A stretch of DNA of 63,821 nucleotides, filler included, from Hyphochytrium catenoides (GCA_900088475.1; 19 parts of 19 records of this genome joined end to end with filler, not necessarily neighbours in it), one strand, 5' to 3'. Shown: positions 24,761-37,695, counted from the first letter of the whole stretch. A program made the numbers and translations. Notes: generated by a model from the sequence alone, not told the origin.

Positions 24761-27700
24761 GCGTTCAGCAGCTGAAGCGACGCGAGCAGCTGCACCGTCA
24801 ACGGCCCGAGAGGAGAGAAGAGGAAGATTGGTCCTGTCCCCGATGTGGTTTTCTCAATGATCTTAGAGAAGAGACATGCAGAAGAGAGGTGGGGAGGACT
24901 GGTAAGGGAGAGGAAGGATGGCAGCCACTGGTTGATTATAGAAGACAAGCAGGTAGACGAGGGCACCTCTCTCTCTCTCTTACTCTCTCTCTCTCTCTCT
25001 CTCCTGTACCCTCTCTCTCCCTCGTACTCTCTCTCTTGTACTCTCAATTCTCTCACTCTCTCTCCCTTTCTTCTCGTACTCTCTTTAGGCCTCTCTACCT
25101 CGTATTCTCTCTCCTTTTCTTCTCTCTTTCTCTTTTTCATCTCCGTTCTCTCCTTCTTCTCTCTCTCTTGTTAACTAGTTTCCCGTTCGGTCAAAATTCC
25201 CTCCATACATATCTTTCCTTTCCTCTCGCGGCGTTCTGTCTCTCTTCTTCAGCCGAACGCCCCATCGCTGTCTATTTCAGCTTCTCTCTCGCTCTCCCTC
25301 ACAATATGGCCGTTCATCTCTCTCGTTTTCAGTGAGTTCTCTTCCTGAAGAGACCGCTCCCACAATCCTGTGCAACACACCTCGCCCAGAGCCTTTCAGA
25401 GTAAGAAGAGGGACATAAAAGAGAGAGAGAAGGGGATATATGATGCCACAAAGAACAGAAAAGGTGGATCGAGAACAGAAGAGAGAGAGAGAGAGAGAAG
25501 AGAGAGAGGGAGAGAGACTGAGAATAGAGAAGAGAGAGAAAGGAAAAGGGACAGCACGAGAGAGAATGGTTGACAGAAAGTGTTCAAAGGGACAGAGATT
25601 GGTCCAGAATGGCTGCACAATTGCTGAAAGGAGAGACAGGAGAGATATCAAGCCTTGTGCCCCGGCAGACACAGCTTTTCTTTCCAACATATTTTGCCTA
25701 ATCTTCATCCTCTCTTTCCAGGTCACGCTGCTGAACCGAGACTATGAGACACGATGGCAGAGCAAAGGAAGACTCTCGAGACCAACAACGGCCACGCTGC
25801 TGAGGAAGAGAGAGAAAGTAGGGGAAGAACAGGAAAGAGATAGAGAGGAACAGACAGTTGGCGAAAGAGACAACGAGTCTTTCCATCCACAAATAGATGC
25901 ACAGTCACGGATAATGGCAGAGGCCAGTAGACAGAGAAGAGTAGAAAGTGCACGTGAGGCTCTGAAGAAGAGAGAGAACGGAGAAGGAACAGAGAGAGAG
26001 ACGTCAACTCTTCCCATCTTTGAGCTGCTCTATTATGAGGCAGAGCAGATCGCCCAAAGGCTGAAGATTCGGGAGGTGCGTTCAATGCTTTCTCCTCTCC
26101 AAGGCCTTGGCTCTCTGCCTCTTTTTCCGGTCTCTTTTCTCTCTCTCTCTCTTTCTCTCTCTCATCTCACTCCTTCTCTCTCTTTCTTTCCTCCGCTACT
26201 GGTGGTACCCCGTATAGTTTCTTATGGACTGTCACTTGTGTTGGGGTGTCAACTCTCTCGTCATCTCTCTCCCGCTGTGGCCTAGCGTCCGAAATTTCTT
26301 TCGTGCTTGAAGACTTCTTGTCCTTTCCTTAGCACGGTCTCTCTTTCCTTCTCTTCACTCCATTTTCCTGCGGTGTCGCTCTCTTGCCCAGACTATCTGG
26401 CTATCTCTTTCACTTTCTCTCTCTCTCTCTCTCTCTCTCGGTCTGTCTACTCGAATGGCGATGGTAGCCCTGTCCGAGCCTTACTCTTTCCCTCTTTCTA
26501 CTCTCTCCCATCTCCTTCAGCAAAGTTACATAGAAGAAATGGCTCCCTTCCGACCTTCCCTGTCTACATCTTCATCTTCCTCTCGCGTGCGGCGGCCAGC
26601 GAGAGAGACAGTGGACCGTCTCATGGCCTTTCATCGCCAGCAGCAGAAGGTCCGAAGCTTCTCTCTCTCCACCTCTTTCTCCCTCTAATACCCTCGTTTG
26701 GCCGTCCTTTACGGTCGCTCTGTCTCTCTTCTTCTCTTTTTCTCTAATATTATGGTTCTTTGCAGCAGAAAACCTCTCTCTCTCTTCTCTCTCAGCCTTT
26801 GCGCAGATTTCAAGCCATCAGCTCGCTATTGACGAGACTCTTTCTGTTTTGCTTTGCCTCTATGTTCTCTCTCTCTCTCTCTCTCTTACTCTCTTTCTCA
26901 TCCTTTTGCTTATCTATTATCTCTCCGCCATTCTGCCCCGACCAGAAATTGCAACTGGCAAGAAGAGAGAAGGAGAAAGAGGAAAGAGTTGATCGCGTCA
27001 CGGGGCAGAAGCTCTTCCGCCCGGTGCTGATGGCTAGAAAAGGGAGATTGGGAAGAAGGGAGAGAGAAGACAAAGGTCGGCGCTATCATGGGAGAGACGA
27101 CGTGGGACTCTTTCTCTATCAGCAACAGGAAAAGTATGAGGAGCGACGGAAATTGCGTCTCAATGAGTTAGAAGAGAGACTGCGGGTGAGAAACATGGAA
27201 GAGGAGAGAGAAAGAGACGAAGTTCATCGTGGACAATTCTCTTCCTCGGGCCTTTTAGGCTAACATGGATTGGTCTTTCTTGTTGTTTGATTTTGTCTCT
27301 TTGTCTTTCTTCTCTCTCTCTCTGTATCGATTGGCCAACCTCTGCTCCTCCCAAGCATTCTCTCCACGGTTGCTCTTTCTCCGACACTTCTCTGATCCTC
27401 TTGTTCGAAAGATCTCAGTGTCGCAGTCTGTCTGTCTGTCTCTCTCTCTCACTCTCTCTCTCCCTCTCTCTCTCAGTCTACCATGACCCAGAAGCACACT
27501 CGCCCTCGCTCTGCAATAATGGCTGGGAGTTTGCTGGAAAAGAGACTGAAAGAGATCTTCAACGTGATGGTAACGACGGTAAGGACGCTCACCTCGCCTC
27601 TCACTTGCGGGATTTTCCTCTTCGTTGTTCTCTCTCTCTTCTGCTGTTGCTGTTTGTCTTTCTGTCTCCTATAACTCAGGTATACACGTTTTCACTCTAG

Positions 27701-27973
27701 GTCTCTTTCTCTCTCTCTCTCTGTCCTCCTAATTATGATATCTAGGGCATCTTTCCATCATCTCTCTCTTGGTCCTTTAGCAACTCTCTCTCTCTCTCTC
27801 CCTCTCTCTTCCTTAAAAGAGACCCACTAACCTTTTCTTCCCTCCTTTCCAGAAGAATGGTCAAGAAAGAGACAGGCGCTATTGGAATGAGAAAGAGAAA
27901 GAAGGAGAGGAAGAAGAGACTCCTGACGACAGAGAGATAATGATCAAGGATCTCGACACTCTTCTTCAGCCTT
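24761..27973 (+). CDS. Hypothetical coiled-coil protein with RanBP2-like Zn finger and FxP repeats, partial (exons 24761-24952, 25333-25400, 25722-26075, 26521-26649, 26946-27185, 27477-27578, 27853->27973)
   Basis: Six phase-consistent GT-AG introns; DWSCPRCGFLN; repeated FHPQI / FRPSL / TGQKLFRPVL. Confidence 0.75.
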
Positions 27974-29129
27974 NNNNNNNNNNNNNNNNNNNNNNNNNNN
28001 NNNNNNNNNNNNNNNNNTTAATTAATTAANNNNNNNNNNNNNNNNNNNNNNNNNNNNNNNNNNNNNNNNNNNNGGCGCAGCCTAGGCGCAGCCTGTCCCA
28101 GTGTTAAATCGATTTATTGTTGTTTTGGCTGTCTCTCTTATTCTATCCTTTGACGACCGCTAGAAGAACTACCCGTACTACTACCTCATAATTTTCAATG
28201 TTATTTCATAGTACAGCCCCAGTAGTGATAAACGGGGGGTGGAGGAACAACTATTGCCATACTGGTGGTGCTGCGCTAACCTACTTACTTTTGGCTAACT
28301 ATGAATGGTGTATGAAGAACAAAAAAGGAGGTAAAAAGTTCTTACCGCCTCCTTCTTCCTTCCTTGTCGTCGTTCCTCCAACGTTACGACTATCTTTTAT
28401 GCTATTATTTGCTAGGAGCCATCATCATTAGAGTGAATGATTTTTTTTGTTGAACAAATAAAGGCGATAGTACCATCGCCTCATTCCTTCTTGCCTCTAT
28501 TGGCTAAAACTCCGTATTCTTTGAGACATCTAATTATTTCTCTTCCAGGTACTATTATGCCAGCCATTTATCAAGGTAATTTGCTTCCAAGGACAATTGA
28601 TTGCTACAGCTTGATCATCAGCAGGGTGCAGAAGATAATACTTCTTGAGAAGCATCAGCACTGATATAGTACTTAAAGAGGATTATGCTACTCGGTAAGT
28701 ACAATAGATTTGATACTTTTGCGCAGACGAAAGAAGAATGAACAATTGAGCGGTTCATCGTCGGTGCAAAAAGGGGAAGAAGAAGAGAAGCATTGTATGA
28801 TTATCATTATTACTATCTTTTGCTACGTTGTGAAGTAGATCTGCTCTTTCATACTCCGGAGTAGTAGATATACCAACCACAAAGGGCACTCTGATGAACA
28901 CTACTTATTAGGTCTAATAAGATAGAGGAGCAAGCTCTGGAGCTCGCCCTCTGATATGAGTAATTCAGTCCATCGGCCTGAATTAGGTTTTGGATGTTGT
29001 CGAGTGGATTCTGAATAGGAGGAGGTGTACTGTAGAGAGAAGAGAAGGAGGGAGAGAGGAGAAGAGGAAAAGGCTGAAAGAAAGAGTTTTAAAAAGTCAG
29101 TTTGCGTTTCTTTGAGTAGAGTAAATTAT

Positions 29130-29655
29130 CGTTTAGCCCGTCGATGTATGACGGTACGTCATGACGGCTTGCGGGACCTCCTCCTAGGCCTAGCTCGTTC
29201 GGCAGGATTTCTGGCCAGAGCTGAACCTCCAGACAGGGTATTACCCAATGGTCATCGCCCAGGTGACCTGGCCATTGGGGATTTGAGCCCCAAAGAAGAG
29301 TCTGCACGCTCTTTGACGTTACTGTCTCCGACTCGCTGCAACTCAACACCCTACCTTATGCAGCGGCTCGGACAGGATACGTCGCAGAGCATGCCCATAG
29401 GAGGAAAATTGCCCTTTACGCCGAGGACTGTGAGGATCAAGGCTATGGTTTCCGGCCCTTGGCGTGGGAGTCCTTTGGCGGGGCAACGGAAACCGTTCAT
29501 TTGACCTTGAAAGAATGGCCTAGGGCTATCTTTTTTGATAGGTGTGGGAGTGTAGGTCTTCCTCTCTCATGTCTCACTACTACCACCGCTTACAGACGAA
29601 TCTCTGTCCTCTTGCAAAGTTGCAATGCTGAAATGGTCTTCCACCGGATGCCGGC
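29130..29655 (+). mobile_element. 5'-truncated non-LTR retrotransposon (CRE/R2-type restriction-like endonuclease domain), one frameshift near 29295
   Basis: RHDGLRD...RPGD...FDVTV...RRKIALY...FRPLAWESFG...RISVLLQSCNA. Confidence 0.88.
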
Positions 29656-29926
29656 CTGCCTGCGCATATGGAGGATGCGATCTTGGGTCAGCTTCCTGGA
29701 GCTGTTGCGGGAGGTCTTCTCTAGTAGTGGTGGTGTAGTGGAGGAGTGTGGAGGTGGTAGAGACGACAGTACTTTTATTTACTTACTAGTTGGAGAAACT
29801 AATAAGCGGAGTAACTACATACGAGANNNNNNNNNNNNNNNNNNNNNNNNNNNNNNNNNNNNNNNNNNNNTTAATTAATTAANNNNNNNNNNNNNNNNNN
29901 NNNNNNNNNNNNNNNNNNNNNNNNNN

Positions 29927-30225
29927 TGACAAGAGCTCTAAAAGGCTCACAGTTCCAGACTCTATCTGACAGAGGAAGAAGGCACAAAACAAAGTGTTTC
30001 AGAGTTATGATAACTAGGGTATTATCATCAGGTAAGTCATCATATGACGTCAAGAAGTAGTAACTGGGTCTAGTAGTTTGTTCGAGACACAGTTACTCTC
30101 CAGAACCACTAGACAACGTGATAACTAGGAAACAGGGTCCCATAAGCTCTTCATACTCACTTCGAGTATATCAGTAGACCACCTCACCCAAATAAGAGTG
30201 TCTTCAAATCCCATACATAATAACA
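29927..30225 (+). mobile_element. Copia LTR family A, 5'-truncated copy
   Basis: Near-identical to 52300-52598; ends TAACA and is not followed by a PBS. Confidence 0.9.
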
Positions 30226-30241
30226 GTCATCTCGTCCTTGA

Positions 30242-31023
30242 TGTTGGATTTGTATGGGATGATTGGACAATGTCATTAGATGAGAGTGCTCTACTTATAA
30301 GCCCAACTGGGGTCCCATAATCTAGAGCTATTCTGACTATGCCAACTATTCCAAATAAACCCTAAGATATTCAGTCATAGAGAAATCCCTGTCTAGAACA
30401 GTCAGTCCTGAAGGTATTCCGGGGTACTGACCATAAGCCATAGATATAAACAGGGACATTTCATTTGCTTCATATCTCGGCTTCTACTGGGAGTTTGGAG
30501 CTGAAACTTGGGTAGTTAAGCTTGCCAGCTTGCAGTCCACATAGCTGTGCCCTCAGACTCCAACACCTCCCCGCAGCTCGAACTCCCTATTTTAAGGGTC
30601 GAAGCTGAACCTTCAACACCTCCCCGCATGCTGTAGACCCGCTAGAAGGAGATTAATTGGTTCTTGGGTTTCCATTGCACCCTTTTTCGATGTACGATGA
30701 ACAGCGAGGTTGGCGGGATGTTGTTTCCTTAGCCTCTTTGATAAAGGCGTCGAGATCTCCAGAAAATTGCAAATTGTCTGATTGCTTCAGCGCTAGGTAG
30801 AAAGAGTGAAGAATATTGTTATCGGCGTCAATTTCTTGATTCGAAGCCTGCGTAATGATTAATTGTCCTTCCTTTGGATCCTTGGGACCTTGATGTTGGT
30901 TGAATCCTGTCCGTGCTCCTCTTCGGAAAGAGATACTTTAGCTGGTTGTTGAGATGCTTCCTTAGTGATGAGCTGCTTGTGTTCTTCAGTTCTTCTCAGT
31001 ATTGCCTTGACTGCTTCACGATA
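30242..31023 (-). mobile_element. LTR family B 3' end: LTR 30242-30565, PPTs 30566-30572 and 30619-30625, and adjacent internal region
   Basis: TGTTG...CAACA termini; GGGGAGG tracts on the minus strand; homologous to 51141-51635 and 51641-51878. Confidence 0.85.
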
Positions 31024-31594
31024 NNNNNNNNNNNNNNNNNNNNNNNNNNNNNNNNNNNNNNNNNNNNTTAATTAATTAANNNNNNNNNNNNNNNNNNNNN
31101 NNNNNNNNNNNNNNNNNNNNNNNTTAGCTGAAAGCCGCTGTTATATGTATTATATCTCCTCAGACGGCTGCTAACCAGCTGAGTGCGCACTGGACCCGAC
31201 GACAGGTGTATGGGATGTGACCTCTTCTCGTTGAGAGTACTCTTCTCAGGACGGGTAGTCCCGTCTAGAGTCAGCAACGAATGGCTCTGACGAAGGATGC
31301 TCTCTACTTTTTTTCTCTTTCTTCTCTCTTCTCTTTGCATGTTATTAGAATAGCCTGTAGACACTACTTCTTCTCTGGCATGTTACTCTATCTTTTATCT
31401 TTGCATTCTCAGGTAGACTGACTCTCTCTCTCGCAAGGGAGACTCCCTCTTACCCTTTATATGACAGTTATAAACTTCTTTCTGAAGTAGAAGCCCCTTT
31501 GCTACTTGCGTGTGTTCCCGCGAAGTCTTCCTCCTCTGCGTGGTGCTTGTCTGAACTGAGGCCTGGCTAGCCAAGGTACAGACAGAGCACCCTT

Positions 31595-31626
<32 letters not shown>

Positions 31627-33098
31627 GATCTGCATCAGACTCTCATATTACAGCCGCTATTAGTTCAGTGGGTTGTTGAGCTTGTTGTCCGGGTCATGCT
31701 GCAGGCGGCAGAGATATCGTTCGAACCATAATATTACCTCTACAATCTCAGGTTCCAGAGCAGCTCTTCTTAGGGATCCGGTGTGCCATGGCACTTTTTC
31801 ATTTCCATTGGTGTCGATGAAGTGACGATGAAGGTCTTGAGAAGTGCTGGGCACTCTCTATAATAGCTCTATAGTAATTGAGGTTTTGTTAGCGACAGTA
31901 GTGAGTTAGTAGTGGTGGGAAGCAGAAGAGTTTTTTTGTTTATTGTTTGTCATTCACTTACTTCGTCCAGTTTGCTTGCGGAGAAACTTCTTCAAATGGC
32001 TTAGGGTTCCTTTCTTCTAGTGTAACAACTGGTGGGAGGTTGAAGTCTGGTCCGCGTCATGTTGCGGACGCGGCTCTTTCCCAGTCATGGAACGAAGAAA
32101 GAAAGAGAGGCGTGGTGTCTGTATGTATAGCTTCGCGCAGCAGGTAGAAGGATACTTAGTAGGTTGGGAAGTCGGTGTGACAGATGGATCTATGTTTTTG
32201 TCCAAGAAGGGCGTGTCAGTAGTGACAATGATAACAGCTCTGACTTCCTCCGGCGCCGGCGGCTCATCAACTGTGCTAAAATTCTCTTCTTCCTTCCACA
32301 ATGACACCACGCACCAGAATCCATCCTCCAATCACACCGATCTCTCTTTCTTGTTGGGGACGAGCCTCCTCTCGACAACCGCAGCGTCAGCATGATGACC
32401 CTTGATAGTCGTAGAGAGAAGAGTCGAGGAAGGAAAAGAAAGAAAGATCAACTCCAAAGAAGGTTTATCAAGGAAGAAAGAACGAAGATATCCTTCTTCT
32501 TCTCTCTCTCTCCTCTAACTTGCAGTAGAGTTCGATCATAATAGTAAAGCCACGAGAGTCAGAAGAGACACGAAGGGAGAGGGAGGAAGAGACCAAGAGC
32601 AGAAAGAAGAAGAGCTAGCAGGGAAAGGTGAAAGGAGAGCCGCGGACCAAGGAGAGAAGAAATGTCTGGAGCCTGACGACGCGGAAAGAGAGAAATGCAT
32701 ACAGAAGAGCACGGGGAAAGAGAGGAACCTGCTCTGGATGCGCCGCAGTGATAAAGGAGGGAGAGGAAGAGTGAAAAGAGAGAGGGAGAGAGAGAGAGAA
32801 AGAAGAGGGCTGGAAAAGAGCTTGCTCAATGGAGTCGATGACATTAGAATTATTCAAGGCTGAGCTCTGTGCTCTCTCTTCTTTTTGAGAAAAACTTTTT
32901 GAAAGAGAAGAGAGAAAGCTCTTAGAATGAAGCTGACAAACAGGACATGGAGAGACGCAGAGAGAAAGAGATATCTTCTGAAAGAGAAAGAGAAGGAAGA
33001 AAGGCAAAAAAAAGAGAGTCATTCTCTCTCTCTCACTCCTTTGCCCAATAACTCAGTCATTGTTTCCCTCCTCCTTTGCTCTGCTGCTACTGCTTTCT

Positions 33099-34694
33099 TT
33101 AGCAGTCCTTGTCCGCGCCAAACTTGCCCTCCTGGACCCAGACGGAGAGTCCTCCTCTTGGCACTCTGAACTGTGCCCAGCCGTCTCTGTTGGTGCAGAT
33201 CTTCTCTCTCACACTGTTGGTCACGTCCACATAACATTTGTTAGCGTGAAAGCTGCCCATGGACATCCATTTGGCTCCGTCCCGGTCCGGGCTGTCCGTC
33301 AGCAGCACTGCAGAGCCGAACCAATGGTCCGCGTTTCCCTCTAATGTCCAGCCGATCACGTCTCCATCGTCCAGATATTCATTCATCTTCCCATAAAGAT
33401 GGAACTTTCTGACGGTGAGAAACGTGTCAATCAGCGCCTGGTAGCTCTTCACACCGCCTTCGCCTCTATAGTCCGCGATCTGGACGATGGGGATGCCGCG
33501 TGGCCGGAGAAGAGTCAGCGCGTAAGCCTGAGCTTTAAAGCTATCAGGCAGCTCAGGACCGAGCAGAGATCCAGGAAGAGTGTCATGGCTCTCGACATAG
33601 GTTAGCGCTCTTGTCGGCTCAGCTGCAACCCAAGAGTTGTCGAAGATTCTTCTCATGTCATACGAGCCTCTCCCGGCAGCAGCGCCAGCAAAGTTGCCTC
33701 GAAGAGCAAAGTCATAGAGCTGACACTCCGGCAGCTTGGAGAGATAGTTCTTTGCCGTGTTGGTGCTCCACGTGACGTACTCTGCCATCAGGAAAGGCTG
33801 CTTCAACGCTGTCTCTCTCTTCACGAAGCTGAACCAGTCTTTTTGATAGCTAAAGGACATATGCTTCGCCGCGTCCAGACGGAAGCCGTCGACCTTGGTT
33901 GTCTCTACGACCCAGGCCGTCCAGTCCTGAAGATGCTGTCTCACCGCAGGGTTCGACAGATCCAGGTCATTTCCAAGGAGAAAGTCATAGTTGCAGTTCT
34001 CTTGGTCCACATCTCCGGCAAAGTTCTTCCCTTCAAACTGATAGATTCTGCAGTTTGGACTCGAGGCCGGACAGCCGTCTTGTCCGAGGTTCTGCGCATA
34101 ATCCACGGAGGTAAAGTGCTCCTTTGTGAAGCGGAAGTCATTATATTTGAGCTTCCCGTCCGTCTGCAGACGACCGGGAAAAGAGAAGTTGGTCCACGCC
34201 TCGATTTCCAGCGGAGGCTGCAGCTTTTGGCAGCGATTCTTAGGTTCTACGCGCTGGACGCGGACCTTCTCCGTCCCTTCGGCGCCCATTCGATGGTTGA
34301 GAACATAGTCCAAGATTGCTTGGCCTTTGGCCTTGTGAATCGCCTCAACAGCCGAGAGAAACTCGTCTTTGGTCCCATATTTTGTCCGCACTGTGCCTTT
34401 CTGATTGAATTCTCCGAGGTCATAGCCGTCATAGATGGCGTAGCCATTGTCCGTAGCGCCGTTGAAGCCTTTGAAAGGAGAAGGAAGCCAGAAGAGAGAG
34501 ACGCCCTTCTCTGCCCACGTGGAAGATTCAGAAGAGAGAGATCTCCAAAAAGATCCGTCTGCAGAGCTCTTGAAATGGAAAGTTTGGAGCATGACCGGGT
34601 TTCTGCTGGCGGCATCGCTGGTGGAGAGGAGGAGAGGAAGAAGAAGAAGAGAGGAGAGAGAGAAGGGGAGAGAGAGAGAGTGAAGAGAAACCAT
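33099..34694 (-). CDS. amyA: Secreted alpha-amylase, GH13 subfamily 5 (bacterial liquefying type), 531 aa, intronless
   Basis: GYAIYDGYDLGEFNQKGTVRTKYGT, DYVLNH, catalytic DGFRLDAAKH / AEY / SHDT; hydrophobic leader ending SDAA. Confidence 0.96.
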   Translation of the reverse strand: MVSLHSLSLPFSLSSLLLLPLLLSTSDAASRNPVMLQTFHFKSSADGSFWRSLSSESSTWAEKGVSLFWLPSPFKGFNGATDNGYAIYDGYDLGEFNQKGTVRTKYGTKDEFLSAVEAIHKAKGQAILDYVLNHRMGAEGTEKVRVQRVEPKNRCQKLQPPLEIEAWTNFSFPGRLQTDGKLKYNDFRFTKEHFTSVDYAQNLGQDGCPASSPNCRIYQFEGKNFAGDVDQENCNYDFLLGNDLDLSNPAVRQHLQDWTAWVVETTKVDGFRLDAAKHMSFSYQKDWFSFVKRETALKQPFLMAEYVTWSTNTAKNYLSKLPECQLYDFALRGNFAGAAAGRGSYDMRRIFDNSWVAAEPTRALTYVESHDTLPGSLLGPELPDSFKAQAYALTLLRPRGIPIVQIADYRGEGGVKSYQALIDTFLTVRKFHLYGKMNEYLDDGDVIGWTLEGNADHWFGSAVLLTDSPDRDGAKWMSMGSFHANKCYVDVTNSVREKICTNRDGWAQFRVPRGGLSVWVQEGKFGADKDC

Positions 34695-34713
34695 TGTTTC
34701 AGAAGTTTTTATG

Positions 34714-34760
<47 letters not shown>

Positions 34761-34994
34761 TGAGGTCCACCAGAAACAGCGGCAGCGGTGATTGAGAGAA
34801 TCTCAGCGACTGCGGTGGAAGCGTCCGCTTGTTGTCTGCCAGGAATATAAGATAATGGACTACAAAGAGAGAGAGAGAAGAGGGAGAAATAGAGAAAGAA
34901 GAGGAAGAATTAGAGAGAGAAGGTGCATTGGGAAGAAGAACGAAACAGGAGCAGGAGGCAAGCAGAAGGACTAGCAAGGGAAATGAGGTAGAAA

Positions 34995-35038
<44 letters not shown>

Positions 35039-35180
35039 GAAAACGAGAGGAAACGCACGGCCGGAAGAGACGGGGACGAACGAAGACGATGACGGTCGGC
35101 TAAGTGTGCCCGTGGGAGATGATGTGTGCCTCACAGCGCAAGGGCAAGGGGCGTCTTACGAACAGAGAGAAGAAAGGAGG

Positions 35181-35215
<35 letters not shown>

Positions 35216-36471
35216 GAGAATGGCAGAAGAGGCACGACGAAGCTCAAAAACTCTTCCTCTTCTTTCCCTTGAAGATCGGAGCTTTTCAAGACCAAAGCTG
35301 GCCTTCTGGTTGCAGAAGTATTGGTGTGAGAGTATGAAGAAAGAAAAAGAGAGAGAGAGAGCGAGAGAGAGGAAAGAGTAAAGAGAGAGGGGAAGGAAGA
35401 GAGAGAGAGAGAAAAGAAAGAGCGAGAGAGAGACAGGAAGACACATCATCTTTTCTCTCAAGGTGGGCAATGACATTGCGACGCTTGCAGCCACACTCCT
35501 CCCTCTCTTGATGGCAACTTGCCCAGACATATACGGGACAGAGAGAGAGAGAGAGAGANNNNNNNNNNNNNNNNNNNNNNNNNNNNNNNNNNNNNNNNNN
35601 NNNNNNNNNNGAGAGAGAGAAAGAGAGAGAGAGAAGAGAGAGGGAGAGAGAGAGAGAGAGAGAGGAGAGAGGGGGGAGAGCGAAAGAGATTGTTGAGAGA
35701 GAGAGAGAAAAAGAGAAGAAGAGAGAGAAAGAGAGCGAGAGAGAAAGAAGAAGAAGAACAGAGAGAGAAAGAGAGAGGGAGAGAGAGGGGGAGAAAGAGA
35801 AGAAGAGAGAGAGAAGAGAGAGAGAGGGGGAGGAGACAGGGAGAGAGACAGAGATGAGAGACAGGGAGAGAGGACTGACTGCACATGTTTGATTGAGTGG
35901 GCACTTTGGCGCTTGAGGATAGATCGTCTGAAAAGAAAGATAGAGAGAGAAAGTCGGACGTGCGGTGCAAAGATCGAGGCACAAGGGTAGACAGACGGGA
36001 GAGAGAGAGAGCAAGAGAAAAACGAGAAAGAGAGAGAGAGAAGGGCGAGAGAGAGACACTCAGAACTATGAACATATGTCTACTACTGAGGTTAAAAGAG
36101 AGAGCAACTACCTGTACTCGTAGGAACGAAGGAGTGATAAAGGATGAAGAGAGAGAGAGGGAAAGAGAGAGAGAGAGAGAACGAGAGAGAGAAGAGAGAG
36201 AAAGAGAGAGAGGGAGAGACGTGTTATTCAGGGGTTGCTGATTCTATGGCAAGGCTCTCTTCTTCAAGTCTTGTCGTGCTCGAACTTGAATCTCAGGCGC
36301 ATCCTCTGAAAGAAAGGAGCGGCGTGGCCTGTCGTTATGGACACAACCACTCCTACCCCTCTCCTCCCAATATTTACCTGCTTGCTCTCTTTCNNNNNNN
36401 NNNNNNNNNNNNNNNNNNNNNNNNNNNNNNNNNNNNNNNNNNNNNNNNNNNNNNNNNNNNNNNNNNNNNNN

Positions 36472-36548
36472 GTTCTGATCTCTCTCTCTGTTCTGATCTC
36501 TCTCTCTCTCTGTGCTGATCTCTCTCTCTCTCTCTCTCTCTGCTCTGA

Positions 36549-36580
<32 letters not shown>
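36472..36580 (+). repeat. Compound minisatellite [CTGAT(CT)n] x4
   Basis: Four ctgatctctc... units with differing CT tract lengths, next to an N gap. Confidence 0.8.
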
Positions 36581-36589
<9 letters not shown>

Positions 36590-37260
36590 GCACACACAGA
36601 AAAGTCTCTCCCTTCCCTTCTCCTCTTCTTCCATCAATCCTCTCACCAGTCAAGCACTTCCTTCAGCAATAATGCATACTGTAGTTCTACAAGTACTTAC
36701 TCTGCTCAGAAATAAATAAATAGCCTTTTAGTAGCCATCCGTAGGCGGAGTATTATTCAGTCATACAACCGTATCTCGCACATACAAAGCTAACCATTGC
36801 GGATTATCTTTAGGTAACATTGCCTAGTGGTAAAATGCTAGAATGAAGTGGGGAAGGGGAATTATATTGAATATACAGAACACCACCTGGCCTGTAGGTA
36901 AAGCACGGACGGTTTAGGATTAGGTAGCTCCCATTTTGTGGTTTTAGCTCTAGTTTGGGCATCATATTTGGCACTTGAATGCACGAACAGCAAAGTAACA
37001 ACTACAACGTGCACTGGCTCTTTACCACAAAACAGCATAACATCTACCTATGGATAATGACAACGACCCGAAAATAGTGCATCGAATCGAATTCACAAAT
37101 CTGCCCCAGTCCAGAGATTATGGTTGTCTAATTCATCTCTTCTCGGTAGCGGAAATATAGTGCTAGAAGAAAGTATAAGCAAACCAGCAAGTTTGGACAG
37201 TAAAATCTGACATATTTGCCAAGTTTGGTTAGACCCGAAAACTCTGGCTCTTCTTGACTC

Positions 37261-37306
<46 letters not shown>

Positions 37307-37660
37307 CCCTGGAAAGATTTCAGTTCCCTTTGTTCGCTCTCTGCTGTCTATGTCGTCTCTCTCTTTTTCTCTCTCTCTCCATTTCCTGCGTTTGGCCGCA
37401 GGCCCTTCCTTCATCTTCTTCCTCGGTACTTCGTTTGCTTCTCTTTCTCTTCCTCTCCTATCTCTAGCGCTGTCGTCTCTCTTTCTCTCTCTTTTCTCTC
37501 TTTTTCTCTTCTCTCTCTTCTTCTCTTCTCTTGTCTCGCTTTGCTTTTTCAAGGTTCTCTCTTCGGCTTTGTGCTTCATCTTCTTTGTTCTTTGCTCAAT
37601 GGCTTGTTTAGACAGGAATTACATGACGGAAGCGGGATGTGAGAAAGAGAGAGAAAGAGT

Positions 37661-37695
<35 letters not shown>

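Noticed and set aside
33843-34763. 306-aa plus-strand ORF
   Set aside because: Antisense shadow of the amylase; no motifs.
36660-37250. AT-rich microsatellite-free island, possibly a DNA transposon remnant
   Set aside because: No paired termini or transposase motif could be identified.
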